NCBI GenBank assembly: GCA_964016885.1
Contig: OZ024740.1
Span: 197,656,001 to 197,720,000 of the forward strand
Direction of reading: 5' to 3'
Length of the DNA: 64,000 bases
Source of the DNA: Eledone cirrhosa
Taxonomy: Eukaryota
The translations under genes were made by a program, and so were the position numbers. This document shows positions 1-13,798 of this stretch, in pieces. The notes beneath the pieces are model-generated. The model was not told the DNA's origin and made no database searches. It saw only the letters and a list, made by a program, of their open reading frames with translations. Each line of letters starts with the position of its first letter. Positions within the stretch are counted from its first letter, which is position 1.

Positions 1-31
1 CAGATAAAAAATCCTGCAAAACAAATTCAAG

Positions 32-126
<95 letters not shown>

Positions 127-130
127 TTTA

Positions 131-750
131 ATTGAACTTACCGTGTCATTTGAAAGTAGATTACAAGAAGTACACGTATTCAATATCGAAAATACGCGAG
201 TTTGGTCAACAGCCGGAGGGAAACCGACTTCCGAGTCAAAATTCTCGCCATAGAAGCTGGGGCCAGAAGTTTTGTGGGCCTATCTGTCTACAAACTCATG
301 AAACAACTTTTAGTCCCTGAGAAGACAAGGACCAAAGCCCTAAATGCAATATCAGAGGTAGCGGAAAGGAGTTCCAGCTGGATTTGGCCGAGGAGGAACA
401 AAAACGACCTCCATACCACGTGGGAGGTATCGTGCTTGTATTTTAGTGCAAGCTAAGGGAAATAATTCTGAGTCTGTCGTGATCTGTAGTGTTGGTGGTG
501 GTCAACCTCACCTATAATCCATTCCAGGTCGATAAAATGTACCAGTCTTGTATTGGGGATAATTCTTCCACTGTCTCTCTTTCTCACTTACAATCTCTCA
601 ATCTCTATCCTTCTCTGGAAGAAATCTGCTATATTCAGACCAGGAGAGGGATGGGCTCCATCTGGCTTTAAAATGCCCTAGAAACACCGTATGTCAATAC
701 GGAGCCCCTACGACTCGTTCAGAAGTTTCGGCACCAACCATCCATATCTT
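131..750 (+). mobile_element. 3' fragment of HERO-type non-LTR retrotransposon (RLE C-terminus plus 3' UTR)
   Basis: From 131 reads IELTVSFESRLQE; after a frameshift ..KILAIEAGARSFVGLSVYKLMKQL..EVAERSSSWIWPRR, matching the HERO RLE tail pattern (IELTVPWE..EVGxRGF..EAAEKxSxWxW). 5' end abuts (TA)n; 3' end approximate. Confidence 0.7.
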
Positions 751-1056
751 TTTTTACTTTGACACACTCATCTATTGAATTACTATATTCTTATGGTGCA
801 CAAATTCTTGACCATTCTATATATGCATGTAATGTTTATGGAGTATCTTAACGTTGATAAATTAGAAACCGAAACTAACGAAATGAAAAGAGTATTTTTT
901 ACCCTTACATCATTCTAAAACGTATCTCACCCCTGCTATCAATTTATGATAACACTAAATAGTTCTAACAATATACCAGTAATTTACTTTAGCTTTTGCT
1001 GTTTTTTTTTATTATTGCTATATTAGTGAATCGCGCTATTAATAATTGTTTCTACT

Positions 1057-1215
1057 TTAGGCACAAGGCCAGCAATTACCCAGTGTATTACTGGTACTTT
1101 ATTTTATCGACCCAGTAAGGATGAAAGGTAAAGTTAACCTCGGCGGGATTTGAACTCAGAATGGCAAGGGCCGTAACTCTATGCGTCAAAGCATGGCGTC
1201 CGACCTTCTACCGAT
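1057..1215 (-). mobile_element. tRNA-derived SINE with Nin-like central domain
   Basis: Minus strand: GAGTTCAAATCCCGCCGAGGTTAACTTTACCTTTCATCCTTACTGGGTCGATAAAATAAAGTACCAG (B box plus Nin-like core). Related copies near 6050, 14335, 34640, 36090 and 54100. Confidence 0.7.
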
Positions 1216-1514
1216 ACTGTCAATCCACCGCCCTATTAATAATGATAGTGCGCGTTCGTATGGTTTGTAAGTCATAACTGTAATTTTCACTCTTACAGTT
1301 CTATACACACACACATACAAGCACACACGTGCCTGGACACACACTCACACATATACATATATGTATATAAATATATAAATATAGGCACAGACACACACAC
1401 GTGCAAACACACATACACATAGTTTTTTATTATTAATATTTAGCTATGGATTCCCCCCCGGGGACGAATGAAAAGCTGTGAAAAACTACTTAATATCGTA
1501 GTAGAATGGAATGG

Positions 1515-1559
<45 letters not shown>

Positions 1560-1639
1560 ATATCTATCTATCTATCTCTCTCTATATATATACATATACA
1601 CACATATATATGCATACACACACACACACATATAAATAA

Positions 1640-1685
<46 letters not shown>

Positions 1686-2329
1686 TTCCGTGTGGGTATG
1701 TTTTCATTATATACCACCATAATTGTTAATCATTTCATTCCACTTGCCGTTAAGATACATTATAGTGATGAATCTTCTTCTTCTTCTTCTTCTTCTTCTT
1801 CTTCTTCTTCTTCTTCTTCTTCTTCTTCTTCTTCTTCCCATCATTATCCTATCTCCCTCCCCTTCCAGATCAAGTGTACAGACGAGTAAGGAAACCTTAA
1901 AAGAGGAAATTAAACAACATGGAATCGGACCTAAAGATTTTGCAATGCAGTTCGGTGTTGTGATAGAATATAAAATAATATGTGACACAATAAATATAAA
2001 TAATAAAAATGATATAATATAATAAAAGTAACATAAAATATAATAAAATATAATAAAATATAATAAAAATAATATAAAAGAAATACAAACAAGGCGGAGC
2101 CTTGGCAATAAGTGCTTAGATTCAGATACTTGTCATCAGTCATCATATGTAGAATGCCTGTGTTGGATCTTCGTTGGTTGAGACGATGATTGTTCTAGCT
2201 ATTTGATAAACGGAGCAGCTTGTCTGTAATAAAGTATAAGTATCATTAACGTAGTCTTCACCTGGGATTCAGCGTTACACAGTTTCGGACAAGCCTTCTT
2301 CTTCTTCTCTCCCTCATCCCCTACTCGTC

Positions 2330-2500
2330 CTTCTTCTTCTTCTTCTTCTTCTGCAGTGAGGGCCGTGGTGAAATACTCCTTCCAGCAGGTCTCCTCTGAA
2401 GCAACAGTCTCCAATTAATCCGATTGGATCCCCATGTGAGACTAGCCGAACTCATGGATGTTATCCCACCATCTTGTTGCTGGTCTACCACAGAGTCTCC
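2330..2500 (-). mobile_element. RTE/RTE-X LINE 3' end with (GAA)n tail
   Basis: Minus strand encodes GRPATRWWDNI.. and ends in a GAA repeat tail. Confidence 0.5.
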
Positions 2501-2504
2501 CGAC

Positions 2505-2650
2505 GGCCCTTTGAATTACAGGTAAAACTCATTGTTTTAGCTGAGTGAACTGCAGCAACATGAAATAAAGAATCTTGCTCAAAGACATAACGCACTGCAA
2601 GGAATCGAACTTACGATCGTAAGATAAGCTCACTAACCATTAAGCCCAAC
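2505..2650 (-). mobile_element. tRNA-derived SINE fragment (family of 44815-45150)
   Basis: TTGAATTACAGGTAAAACTCATT..AGCTGAGTGAACTG..TCTTGCTCAAAGACA..GGAATCGAACT is the reverse complement of the SINE at 44815. Confidence 0.6.
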
Positions 2651-2939
2651 GCTGTTACAGCTTTTGTAAAAGATAAATTGTTTAGATTATCTGAGTGAAA
2701 AGATTTGCTACAACAAGGGAATACAATGCAAATTATATGATTAGATTTTAGATGAACAAAGCACATCGGGATAAGTGGTTCAGCATTTATACTTCAACTG
2801 TAAGCGGTTTTAGTAGATTAAAAATATATATAAATAGAGAAATATGTAAATATATAAATATATAAGAATATGTCCTTTCCGCATATTCAAGGAGAAACAC
2901 ACATTCACACGCCCATACCTCTTATACACACATAACCAG

Positions 2940-3108
2940 CCCACACACACACACACGCACACATATATATATGTATATATATATAATATATATATATATA
3001 TATAGATATATACACACACATATATATACATTTGTATATACATATATACACACATATATATATATACATATACATACATATATACATATACATACATACA
3101 TACATACA

Positions 3109-3140
<32 letters not shown>

Positions 3141-3194
3141 CATATAAATATATATATATATGTATATGTATATATATATGTATATGTATATATA

Positions 3195-3260
<66 letters not shown>

Positions 3261-3274
3261 CATATGTATGTATG
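2940..3274. repeat. compound (CA)n/(TA)n/(CATA)n microsatellite
   Basis: Direct reading. Confidence 0.95.
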
Positions 3275-5907
3275 TTCATCTGGTTTTATAATTTCACAAG
3301 GTTTTACCAATAGAGAGAGAGTCGGTTTCTAACATAGACACAAGACTCTCTCATTGGAATTTACACAACATCAACTAGGTAGATATGTATGTATGTATGC
3401 ATGCATGTGTAGATATGGATGTTATTGAATGTGTCGATGTGTATGTTTTGAGTTGTATGTGTGCATGTGTATATGCTTTGTATCTGTACATGTGTACATG
3501 CAGTTATTAGATGCAACATTTTTGGAATGTTTTACACATTTTTACTGTTCCATTAATGGATTGTACTTGTAGTTTCCTAACTAGTTGTGTTCTTTCTGTT
3601 CCTGTGAAGCCTAGCTTCTCAAGATTTGTATTGAGGCAGTTACTAACATATCCCAGTGTCCCAATAATCACAGGCATAAATCTGAAGGTGTAATCAGGGT
3701 GGAGAATCTGCAGATTTCTCATCAGTTCTGCATAAATATTCTCCTTTTCACTAATCTTTGATATTATATTGGCATCTGCTGGGCAGCTAATTTCCGCTAC
3801 TGTGCATGTTTTCTTCTCCCTGTCTCATATCATAATATCTGGTCTGTTATGCCTGCATTTTATTGGGGTTTTTACTGGAATATTACACCAGTACTCTTTC
3901 ATATTATGTACATGGATGTTTTCCACATTGTTGTAGCTTTTAATGTGTTTATTATCGGGGATACCTTTTTTACGAACTGCATTGTACAGTGTTTTGGCCA
4001 TTACATCATGCCTCATAGGTAGATAGTACCGCGATGACATCTTTGGACAGCTGCTAATGACATGGGTGATATCCTCGATGTTAGTTCTGCAGAGTCTGCA
4101 CTTGTTATCACATCTAGGTGTTTTGCCTGCATCCCTATCTCTTTTGTGAATCAGGTATTTCGTGCTAATCTCCTGTTCTTGGATTGCAAAAGCGTATCCT
4201 TCAAAGTGGGAGCCAATATAGCGGTTGTTGGTCCAAGATAGACTACTTTCCTTATTTCCTTATTTCCAAGATAGACTACTTTCCTACTTTCCTCTCTCTG
4301 GAGCTTCCTGGCAGCATATCCATGCATGATTTTTTGTTGACAGGCATGCAGTTTTTCATCCATGGATTCACTGCGATACTGCTGAGCGACATCCCTGGGT
4401 GTGAGTTTTTGATTATCACACAGGGAATATCTCTCAAGGAGTTCCTTCCCAACTCTCATGATCTTATCTGTTTCATGCAGATAGACTTGCTCGAGAAGCG
4501 GGCTCCTACGCTTCGAGGTTCGTAGATGTTGTCGGAGAGATATGATGCGACATTCAAATGTTGTCTGGACTGATGTTAGACCACTGCCTCCCTGCTTACG
4601 TTTCAAGTAAAGGCGGTCTATGTCACTGTTGATGTGGAAGTTTCCGGTGTTGCTCAGTATTTTTCGAATTCCAACATCAACTGCTCGGATTTCGTCTATC
4701 GTCCAATTGAGTATTCCAAACGTTGGTGTTAGGACAGGCACAGCAAACACATTGTGAGCCACTGTTTTGTTTTGCGCAGAGAGTTCCGATTACCAGACCT
4801 TTCTTAATCGGGTGTAGTATTCCCTGGTTACGCGTTCTTTATTACAGATACCATTAGAGGAAATGTTCTCATCTATCCCCAGGTATCTGTAACAGTCCTC
4901 ATCAGATATCGGTGAAACAGTTAGACCATTGATGACAATGTTGCTAGATTGGGTTGTTGTTTTCTCCGCTTTACAGTCATGTATGAGCATTTATCTTGGC
5001 CAAACTCCATTCCTATATCCTTTGAGAACGTTGTAACGAGGTCAAGATTTTTCTTCATCCCATCCATGTTCTTGGCATAGAGTTTCAGATCGTCCACAAA
5101 GAAGTTATGGGTTAGGTTCGTATTTCTGTCCTCCTGTGAGCCAATGATGTATCCCTCACATTTCTTGAGCAGAAAGGACAAGGGGTTTAATGATAAGATG
5201 AACAATATCACAGGGAGACTGTCCCCCTGAAATATACCCCTGCAATATTTTATTTTATCAGTGAAAATAGAGTCCTCCCTCTTTGTCTTTAACCTTAGGA
5301 TAGTAGCCCAAGAAGAAGACAGCCTCTCTATGGCTCTGACAATAATGTCTAGGACTTTAGCAAGTTGGAGGGCCTCTATCATCCAAGAGTAGGGAACAGA
5401 ATCGAAAGCTTTCCTGTAGTCCAGCCAGACTGTAGTCATATTCCTCCTAAGTTGTCGCACCTCCGATATCGCAGTTTTGTTGATTAGGAGTTGTTCAGCA
5501 CATCCCCAAACCCTTTTCTTTCCAGCTGCTTGTTCATCTGTGATGATGTTATTATTTTCACAGTGATCTTGGAGGAATAGGTTCAGGCAGGATGTATACA
5601 TCTTATACATCAGGTTCTGGCATGCAATGGGTCGGTAGTTTTTTGCCAAGTGGGTGTTTTTGTTCTTGGGGACCAGTAATGTTTGTGCTAATGTCAACCA
5701 TTCTGGTATAAGTGTATCTCCCTTAAGAACTTGTTGGTAGAGGTCAGTAAGATACCTCCGATATAATATTAGTTTTTTGTACCAGTAGCCGACAATCATG
5801 TCTCTTCCTGGTGTTTTCTTATCTTGGAGTTTTCCTATCACAGTCTCAAGGGTACCCTCACTTATTTCGTATGTTTTTGTTGTAGTGTAAGAGCAATAGT
5901 TCTTTCG
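3275..5907 (-). mobile_element. 5'-truncated R4/Dong-clade non-LTR retrotransposon (RT, CCHC knuckle, restriction-like endonuclease), decayed
   Basis: RT motifs NYRPIAC, WLDYRKAFDSVP, RGIFQGDSL, FFVDDLKLY, YRYLGI; then CRLC..HVISSC..RHD and RPDI, C-terminus PVIIGTLG. Several frameshifts and stops. Both ends abut (TATG)n. Confidence 0.88.
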
Positions 5908-6006
5908 GTATGTATGTATGTATGTATGTATGTATGTATGTATGTATGTATGTATGTATGTATGTATGTATGTATGTATGTATGTATGTATGTATGTATG
6001 TATGTA
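5908..6006. repeat. (TATG)n microsatellite
   Basis: Direct reading. Confidence 0.95.
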
Positions 6007-6049
6007 TATACACGCACATACATGCATCCCTATACATATATACATACAA

Positions 6050-6195
6050 AGAGGCAGCGAATTGGCTGAGTCACTAGAACGCCGGATAGAATTCTTCACA
6101 GCAATCCTCTCGGGTCTCCTCGCCCTGAGTTCAAATTTCGTCAAAGTGAACGTTGCCTTTCATCCTTCCGAGGACGATAAATAAAGTATAAGTCG
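6050..6195 (+). mobile_element. tRNA-derived Nin-like SINE (decayed)
   Basis: GGCAGCGAATTGGCTGAGTC..GAGTTCAAATT..TTGCCTTTCATCCTTCCGAGGACGATAAATAAAGTA. Confidence 0.6.
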
Positions 6196-6217
6196 ATTCT
6201 TCTTTACCGTGTGTGTG

Positions 6218-6274
<57 letters not shown>

Positions 6275-6342
6275 CAAGGTTTAGCAAATAAGGAAAAAGT
6301 TTCAAAATAAATTTTTAAAAATTACTTTACTTACTATAGTTA

Positions 6343-6424
6343 CCTTTACCGAATCGGTTTCGTATCTCAAAAATAAACGGAGTCCATACGGCCTTCGTTG
6401 CAAAGAAAGATTCTCGTCAGAAGG
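6343..6424 (-). ncRNA. type I hammerhead ribozyme (family A) in a PLE pLTR/retrozyme-like remnant
   Basis: Minus strand: CCTT CTGACGA GAATCT..AGATAC GAAA CCGATTCG GTA AAGG. Paralogous to 55424-55505. Confidence 0.75.
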
Positions 6425-6877
6425 TTCTTTTCATTCAAAGAATAAAAAATTCTTGAATTTAAATTATGAACTAGCGCTATCCAAAACTGTTCCCGAGATG
6501 AGAGTAAATGAAGTGGAATCAATTTTTTCAAGGGCCGAGTGCAAAGATAGAGGCAGAGGCAGGGAGGTCAGCCGGGTACCGCTATAACTAGCAGCAGTCA
6601 GAACGACCAAGTTTTTTCTCAACATAGAGGAGTATAGTAATAATAGAATATGTGTTCCTACACGCACAAGGCGCTAAGGGACACATGTATTGTCCAACCA
6701 TATGCCAATGTGGTTCAATGGCAGGTTAATAAATTAACGAGCCAGAACATATATAATCAAGGTTTAGCAAATAAGGAAAAAGTTTCAAAATAAATAAAAA
6801 AAAAATTAATATATATATTTAAATGTAAGTATGTATGTATGCATATATGTATGTGTATATATATGTATATATATATG

Positions 6878-6940
<63 letters not shown>

Positions 6941-7134
6941 GCATGCTACTGTACGTCTGTATACATATATGTATGTACGTATACATACATACTTACATTT
7001 AAGTAAGTGCCATACTAAGAGTGAGAAATGAAATTTCGTTTTCATTTTTTTTTTTCAATATATATATTAATATATATATATGCATATATATATGTATGTA
7101 GATATATGTATATATATATATACATATATATATA

Positions 7135-8013
7135 CGAGGTGTGTCAGAAAAGTTACAGGACTGTTGCCACAAAAGATTTATTTCAAACCCAAACTTCACA
7201 CTAAGAGTTTTTTCCTTCAAAGTAATCCCCCTGGAGTATGTAACTGTAATCTTAGCTCTCTGCAGCGATCAAACGTTTTTCTTCATAATTTTATATACAT
7301 GTCCTCTGTTTCAGGTCGTCAAACAATGAACACAGAGCAACGAACAAACTTGAAAACTCCGTCAGAAGCACTGGGATTGCTGCAGCAAGTGTATGAAGAT
7401 GAGACGATGTCACGCTCACGTGTTTTTGAGTGGTGCAAGAGGTTTAAAGAAGGACGCGAGGACGTGGAAGATGACCCTAGGAGCGGAAGGCCCCCAACAA
7501 CCAGGACTGAGGTCCACGTTGAGCGCGTCAGGCAGATGGTGCGTAGCGATCGTCGGCTGACTGTTCGACTGATGGCAAATGAGCTGGACATGAATCGGAA
7601 CAGCGTCTGGAAGATTCTCACTGAAGATTTGGGCATGCGGAAAGTCTGCGCGAAGATGGTGCCAAAACTGCTGAACGATGACCAGAAGGGTCGACTCATG
7701 CAAGTGTTCCAGGACATCTTCGAGCGTCTTGAAACCGAACCAGACTTGCTAGGGACAGTCATGGATCTTCGAGTACGACCCGGAGGGGACCCGTTTTGAA
7801 GACGTGGACGATATCAAAAAGGCCGTGACGACGGAACTGCGGAGGATCCCGGAAGAATACTTCCAGGAGTGCATGCAAGCGTGGCAGAAAAGGATGGACA
7901 AGTGCATTAGACTCCAGGGGGATTACTTTGAAGGAGAAAACTCTTAGTGTGAAGTTTGGGTTTGAAATAAATCTTTTGTGACATCAGTCCTGGAACTTTT
8001 CTGACACACCTCG
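7135..8013 (+). mobile_element. mariner DNA transposon, internally deleted, ~100 bp TIRs, TA target duplication
   Basis: TA|CGAGGTGTGTCAGAAAAGTT..AACTTTTCTGACACACCTCG|TA. Transposase remnant WCKRFKEGREDVEDDPRSGRP..KVCAKMVPKLL; most of the catalytic domain is missing; C-terminal GDYFEGE is present. Confidence 0.92.
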
Positions 8014-9092
8014 TATATATATATATAATTATGTATAAATATATATGCACGTACATAATCTTAAACAGCGAAAAAAAAAAAGCATCAAAACAAACTAACA
8101 AAGTAAGGTTAACCCGTTGTATCAGTTAGCAAACATTTGAGAATCAATCATTGATAAGTAGTAAATTCATATCATCCGCCTCAGAAATGTATATCAGATA
8201 AGAAAGGACACATCAAACGTTAACTTAATATATCCCTTCCATATACTGGACCGATTGTGCTGTTATTTCTGTTTACATTTTACATATATATACATATATA
8301 TATATAAAGGACTAGAGTCCGAAACGTTAAGACTACTATTTCAAGCGTTAAACTAATATATTTCTTCCATCCACTGAACTGTTTACATTTTTATTTTTGT
8401 TATTTCTGTTTACCTTTTACATACACACACAAATATATATCGACAGTCGATCGACAAGATCCTAGACTTCGTGAAATCGGACCGAGAAAACAATGTTTCC
8501 ATTGGTCTTTCCAATTGCTAATACTAATACTATCAAGTCCAGAAAGACGGAGCAAGAACATAACTCACATAACTCAAGGAATCGAACTCACAACCTCAAG
8601 ATTGCGAATCCAATTCTCTAACCACTTAGCCACGCGCCTTCATATATATGCTCATATATATATGAGCATACTTAAAAAATACCATCAAATAAACCATTAA
8701 GAAATATATAAGTAAAAATATAAAAATAGACATTTGAGAGTGAAGAAACTGTTCATTCGAAATAAAGTGTAATTGAGATACAATGGAAGGTCAAATGTGA
8801 TATAATATAGATAAACACAAGAAGACGTGCTCACTGTGATTACTCGTATCATATTAACACTGGCTTAAGACAACACTTGGATGTGTGATTTAACTGGAAT
8901 GTAAGTCAGATCGATTGTATCGATATATTTACCACATACACACATAATAAACATACAAAGATACTATCATTGATATTTACACCGATAGATATGAAACATT
9001 CACATAGTCAACATACACTCACCCACATACACAAACAAATATATCCACTTATATACATATAAACACAAGCATACCCCCCCCCCATATATATA

Positions 9093-9138
<46 letters not shown>

Positions 9139-9322
9139 AATATAAATTAGCGAGAATCGTATTTCGGCTTTGGAATTAGCGAAAAACAACTTCCGAGATG
9201 TGTTGCAAGCGCTCAATAATTCTGACGAACCAGAGCTACAACATACGTTAAAGGCCAAACACACTGAGGCGATGGTTAAACCGTCATCCGCACAACCATA
9301 GAAACGACCAAGTAATTCGGGT

Positions 9323-9407
<85 letters not shown>

Positions 9408-9567
9408 ATCTAAGTAAACGAGGTATCGTTTAAGCTAATGCAAGTAGAGGTTATGAATAATCTGTACAGTGGATGATTCTAGAATTCAGCGTTGTTTGAC
9501 TCGACAAGATGTTTACTTAGTTGTGGTATTCCGGTGGCCGATTCCTAGGTAAGCGGTTCCTGGAGTA

Positions 9568-12500
9568 TCTATATATATAAAACTGATGTTGTCTGTGTGT
9601 CCTCATTTTTGCAAAGTCTATACAAATCCACATTTCTACTCTGATTGATTTCAAACTTGCATTTATATATTCCATGCGGTCTAAAGATATTAACTGCCCG
9701 CTTTTTCTTTCAATTTTCTATTGGTAAAGGGGTGTTAGGTGCCGGTTATCCATCTCCGTCGCGCTCTTATAATATCTGTCTGTATGTCTGGCTGTCTGCA
9801 TAACGTCAATCTGACGTATTATCTTCGCTGAATTCACACAGATAAAATCGATAAAGCTAAATACATGCTGTAACCCTCTCTCTTATACGATCGCTTCATT
9901 CCTCTCACTACCCTCAATCTCCTCTGCAACTCTCTTTAAAAGGTTACTGCCTCCGTCTCCATTACAGTTTAGGCACACACTTATATTTTACTTCAAATAA
10001 CACACACTTACATTTTACTTCAAATAACAAATATTCAAAAGCAACAGACGAATTTATAAAACAACAAACGTAACAATAACGACCTCTCTATAATTTAACT
10101 GCTTTACTCTCTCTGTCGCTCTTCACTCCCTATATGACAACACTGCAGAGAGAGAAACAATGTATATGATCAAATGGAGCGTTCCGTATATTCCCACTTT
10201 CTATATAATTTAACTGCTTTACTCTCTCTGTCGCTCTTCACTCCCTATATGACAACACTGCAGTCGAGCGTTCCGTATTGGCATACAGCTTATCTGGGGC
10301 ATTTTCAATCGGCGTATTGCAAACAACAACCCGCAAAATAACACTTCATATAACAGATTAATGCTATAGACATATGAATCGGAATGTAACCCGTGAACTT
10401 TTTCCTGGGCAAAATTATTCGAACAGACATGACCTCATTGCCAGAGTGTTCAGACTGAAACTGGCTAAACTCATGGCTTTAATAAAAAAGGTCAGGTATT
10501 TGGGGCTGTAAAATGTGACATGTTCACCGTCGAATGGAAAAAACGAGGGCTGCCACATGCTCACATTTTGATTTGGTTAGCTGATAAAATCAATTCAAAT
10601 GCCATAGACAGCTTCATTTCGGCTGAAATCCCTAACCCAGCAACTTACCAGGAATTACATGACATCGTCAAAGCTAACATGGTCCGTGTGCGTCGGGTCC
10701 TAATGAGCATCACACGTGTCTGAAAGGGGCGTCGTGCAGTAAGGGATACCCCCCAAAATGTGTTGACGAGACTCAGACTGGTGGCGATGGGTATCCCCTG
10801 TACTGGCGGAGAAGGCCCGAGAACGGTGGCTTCACCACAACAGTAAAGGGAGGTCAAGTCGATAATAAATGGGTGGTCCCTTACTGCCCGCTTCTCTTGA
10901 AGATGTTCAACGCCCACATCAACGTTGAGTTTTGCAACTCCGTCAAGTCTATAAAATACATATGCAAATATGTAAATAAGGGCTCTGATGAGGTCACAGA
11001 ATACCTGGCAGGGCGGTACATCAGTAGCAATGAAGCTTTTTGGGGCCTATTTGATTTCCCCCTACACCCCGCCATCGTACAGCTTGCGGTACATTTGGAA
11101 AATGGGCAAAGGGTTTACTTTACGGACCAAACCGCCGCCAAGCTGGCCGCCGATCCGAAAGAGACCACTCTGACAGGTTTCTTCAAACTTTGCCTGTCCG
11201 ATACATTTGCGCAAACAATTGTGTACTCCCAGGTTACATCCTACTTTATATGGTCGAAAAACACTTGGGTGCGAAGAAAGTCAGGTCAGGCTGTTGAAAG
11301 ACATCCTGGTGTAAAATTTGACAGCTGTCTTGAAAGGGTTTACACTACGCCCCCAAGTCAGCATTCTTCTGCATGAAGTTGTAGGCCCACAAAGTTTTCA
11401 GGACCTCAAAACTGTTGATGGAGAAATATGTGATACGTACCGGGAAGCCTGCTTTAAGCGTAGTCTTTTGGAAGATGATTCGCAATGGGATTCCACTTTA
11501 GCAGAGGGTGCTTTGTTGAAATCACCTAAAGGTCTACGGGAACTCTTTGCCATTTTGCTTCAAAAGTGTGAATTGGGTGATCCCAAATCTTTATGGGTCA
11601 AGTACAGAGACTTCATGTCTGAGGATTTCCTGCGTCTCGCTCATCTGCAGTATCCTTCAGTGGAAGTTGCTTACAGCGGCATTATCTACAACAGGGCACT
11701 CGTTGATATCGAGGACGCCCTCCTCGACATGGGTGGGAGTGAGTTGGCGACGTATGGCTTGCCGTCAACCGTCAGAGGAAGCTAACACGTTTGCCCCGGA
11801 TTTGTTGGGGGAAACAGCATATGACATCGAATCTCTTTCCCAATAATTAGAGGAAAATGAGCCCAAACGTCTGTCGGACCAAAGGTTGGCCTATTTAACT
11901 ATCATTGACGTGGTTCAAAATCAGACTGGGGGTATTTTCTTTCTCGATGCTCTTGGGGGTACCGGAAAAGCTTTTGTAACAAAATTGATTCCCGCTAAGA
12001 TTCGTCAGGAGAAAAAAATTGCGTTGGCCGTTGCATCGTCCGGGATCGCTGCTACTTTGCTGCCGAGAGGCAGGACACCACATTCAACCTTTAAACTCCC
12101 CTTGGATTTAGAAAAAACTGAGACACCAACATGCAATATCAGCAAGAGTTCACACGAAGCTCTGGTTCTCAAAAAATGTCGCCTCATTGTTTGGGATGAG
12201 TGCACAATGGCACACAAGGGTGCCCTTGAGGCATTGGACAGGACCCTGAAAGACATTAGGGATTCTATGGCTCCTATGGGTGGCGTAACCCTTCTGCTAT
12301 CAGGGGATTTTCGGCAAACGCTGCCTGTCATTCCCAAAGGGACAAGAGCTGATGAAGTGCGTGCCTGCCTTAAGTCGTCCACGTTGTGGCCCCAGTTGAA
12401 AACTTTGTACCTGAGCACAAATATGCGTGCTCATTTGCATGGTGACAACATGTCTGCAGCACTTGCTCAGAACATTTTAGCACTTTGGTGAGGGCAAAGT

Positions 12501-13556
12501 CCCTGCGGATGACAAGGGCGGCATAGCAATCGACTCCCTGTGCAACATTGTGAGCAGCCCTTCTGACCTTTGGGAGGCAGTTTTTCCTAATGTGTCATCT
12601 AATTTTAAAAACTTCGATTGGCTCAGCGAAAGAGCCATCCTTGCTCCGAAAAATGCCATGGTTAATTTTATTAACGAGCAGCTGATTGACAAAATTCCCG
12701 GTAAAGAGCACATCTTCAAATCTATCGACCGGACGTCAGACCCCGACGATATCGTTAATTATCCGGTTGAGTTATTAAATTCCTTTGAGCCCCCAGGGCT
12801 CCCACCTCACATTCTTAAGCTTAGGGTTGGCTGTCTCATTATGCTAATAAGGAACTTGCACCCACCAGAGCAGTGCAACGGTACTCGCATGGTCGTCAAG
12901 TCAATGACGTCCCACTTGATTGAGGCCACCATTGTAACGGGGTACGGGAGAGGGGAGAATGTTTTCATTCCAAGGATGAACCTTTTCTCCTCGGCATTAC
13001 ATATCCCGTTCGATTTCCGGCGATCCCAATTCCCGGTGAGACCATGTTTTGCCATGTCCATTAACAAGTCACAAGGGCAAACATTGTCGGTGGCAGGCAT
13101 CCATTTGGGGGAGACATGCTTCTCCCATGGTCAACTTTATTTTGCCTGTTCTCACGTAGGGAGCAGGAATGCACATTTTGCTTACACTCCTCAAGGGATG
13201 ACACGCAATATCGTCTACAAAGAGGTGCTATAGATGTTGGCGCAGGTGTTGGAGGTGTTGGAGCTATGCCGCCTGGAAAACTATTTCCTGGTAGGGTCAC
13301 CCATGGCGGACAGATGTGACACCCAGCGGCATCAGGGCCACCATCTTGCAACTTTGGTCTGCTAAATTCGCTATTGGAAGATTATTAACCCATCATTGAT
13401 TGTCCAAAATGCTAATTGGTTGGTAACTTTTAATAACCGGTTCAACTGCTTTATGCACTTAATTGATAAACTTATTCACTTTCAAGCCACGTTTACCTGT
13501 ATGTAACTTTTCATAGCAAATGAATAAAGCCGAGCAACGCCGGGCTAAACTGCTAG
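9568..13556 (+). mobile_element. Helitron 1 (both termini present, RepHel N-terminus deleted)
   Basis: A|TC start at 9568; 3' hairpin GCCGAGCAACGCCGGGC then CTAG|T at 13553-13557; RepHel remnants inside. Confidence 0.88.
10370..13233 (+). pseudogene. Helitron Rep/PIF1 helicase, frameshifted
   Basis: HUH motif VEWKKRGLPHAHILIW, SIKYICKYVNKG, Walker A DALGGTGKAF, VWDECTM, LLSGDFRQ, FAMSINKSQGQT, FSHGQLY, spread over several frames. Confidence 0.9.
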
Positions 13557-13798
13557 TATATAATAATAAAATGTGGAAATGTGGAGAGGAAACACACGAG
13601 TTAGGATATCTCTCTATATATAAAACGGTAGATGTCTGTCTGTGTGTGTGTATGATTTTTATGCATTTCCACATTTCTCTACCGATTATTTCTTTTCCAA
13701 TGTGCTCCAAATTTACCAGGGCAAGTCAACGCATAATTATTTTTGCCAAAGATTTCCTGCTTCTATGTGAAACACTCGATAAAACTAAATACATGCTG

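Noticed and set aside
9218-9318. CTGACGA..GAAAC..GTA possible hammerhead (also 35335-35383 and 32268-32297)
   Set aside because: Stem II or III does not pair convincingly; single copies, could be chance or heavily decayed.
12550-13233. Host PIF1 helicase gene
   Set aside because: Intronless, fused to HUH Rep remnants and bounded by Helitron TC/CTAG termini.
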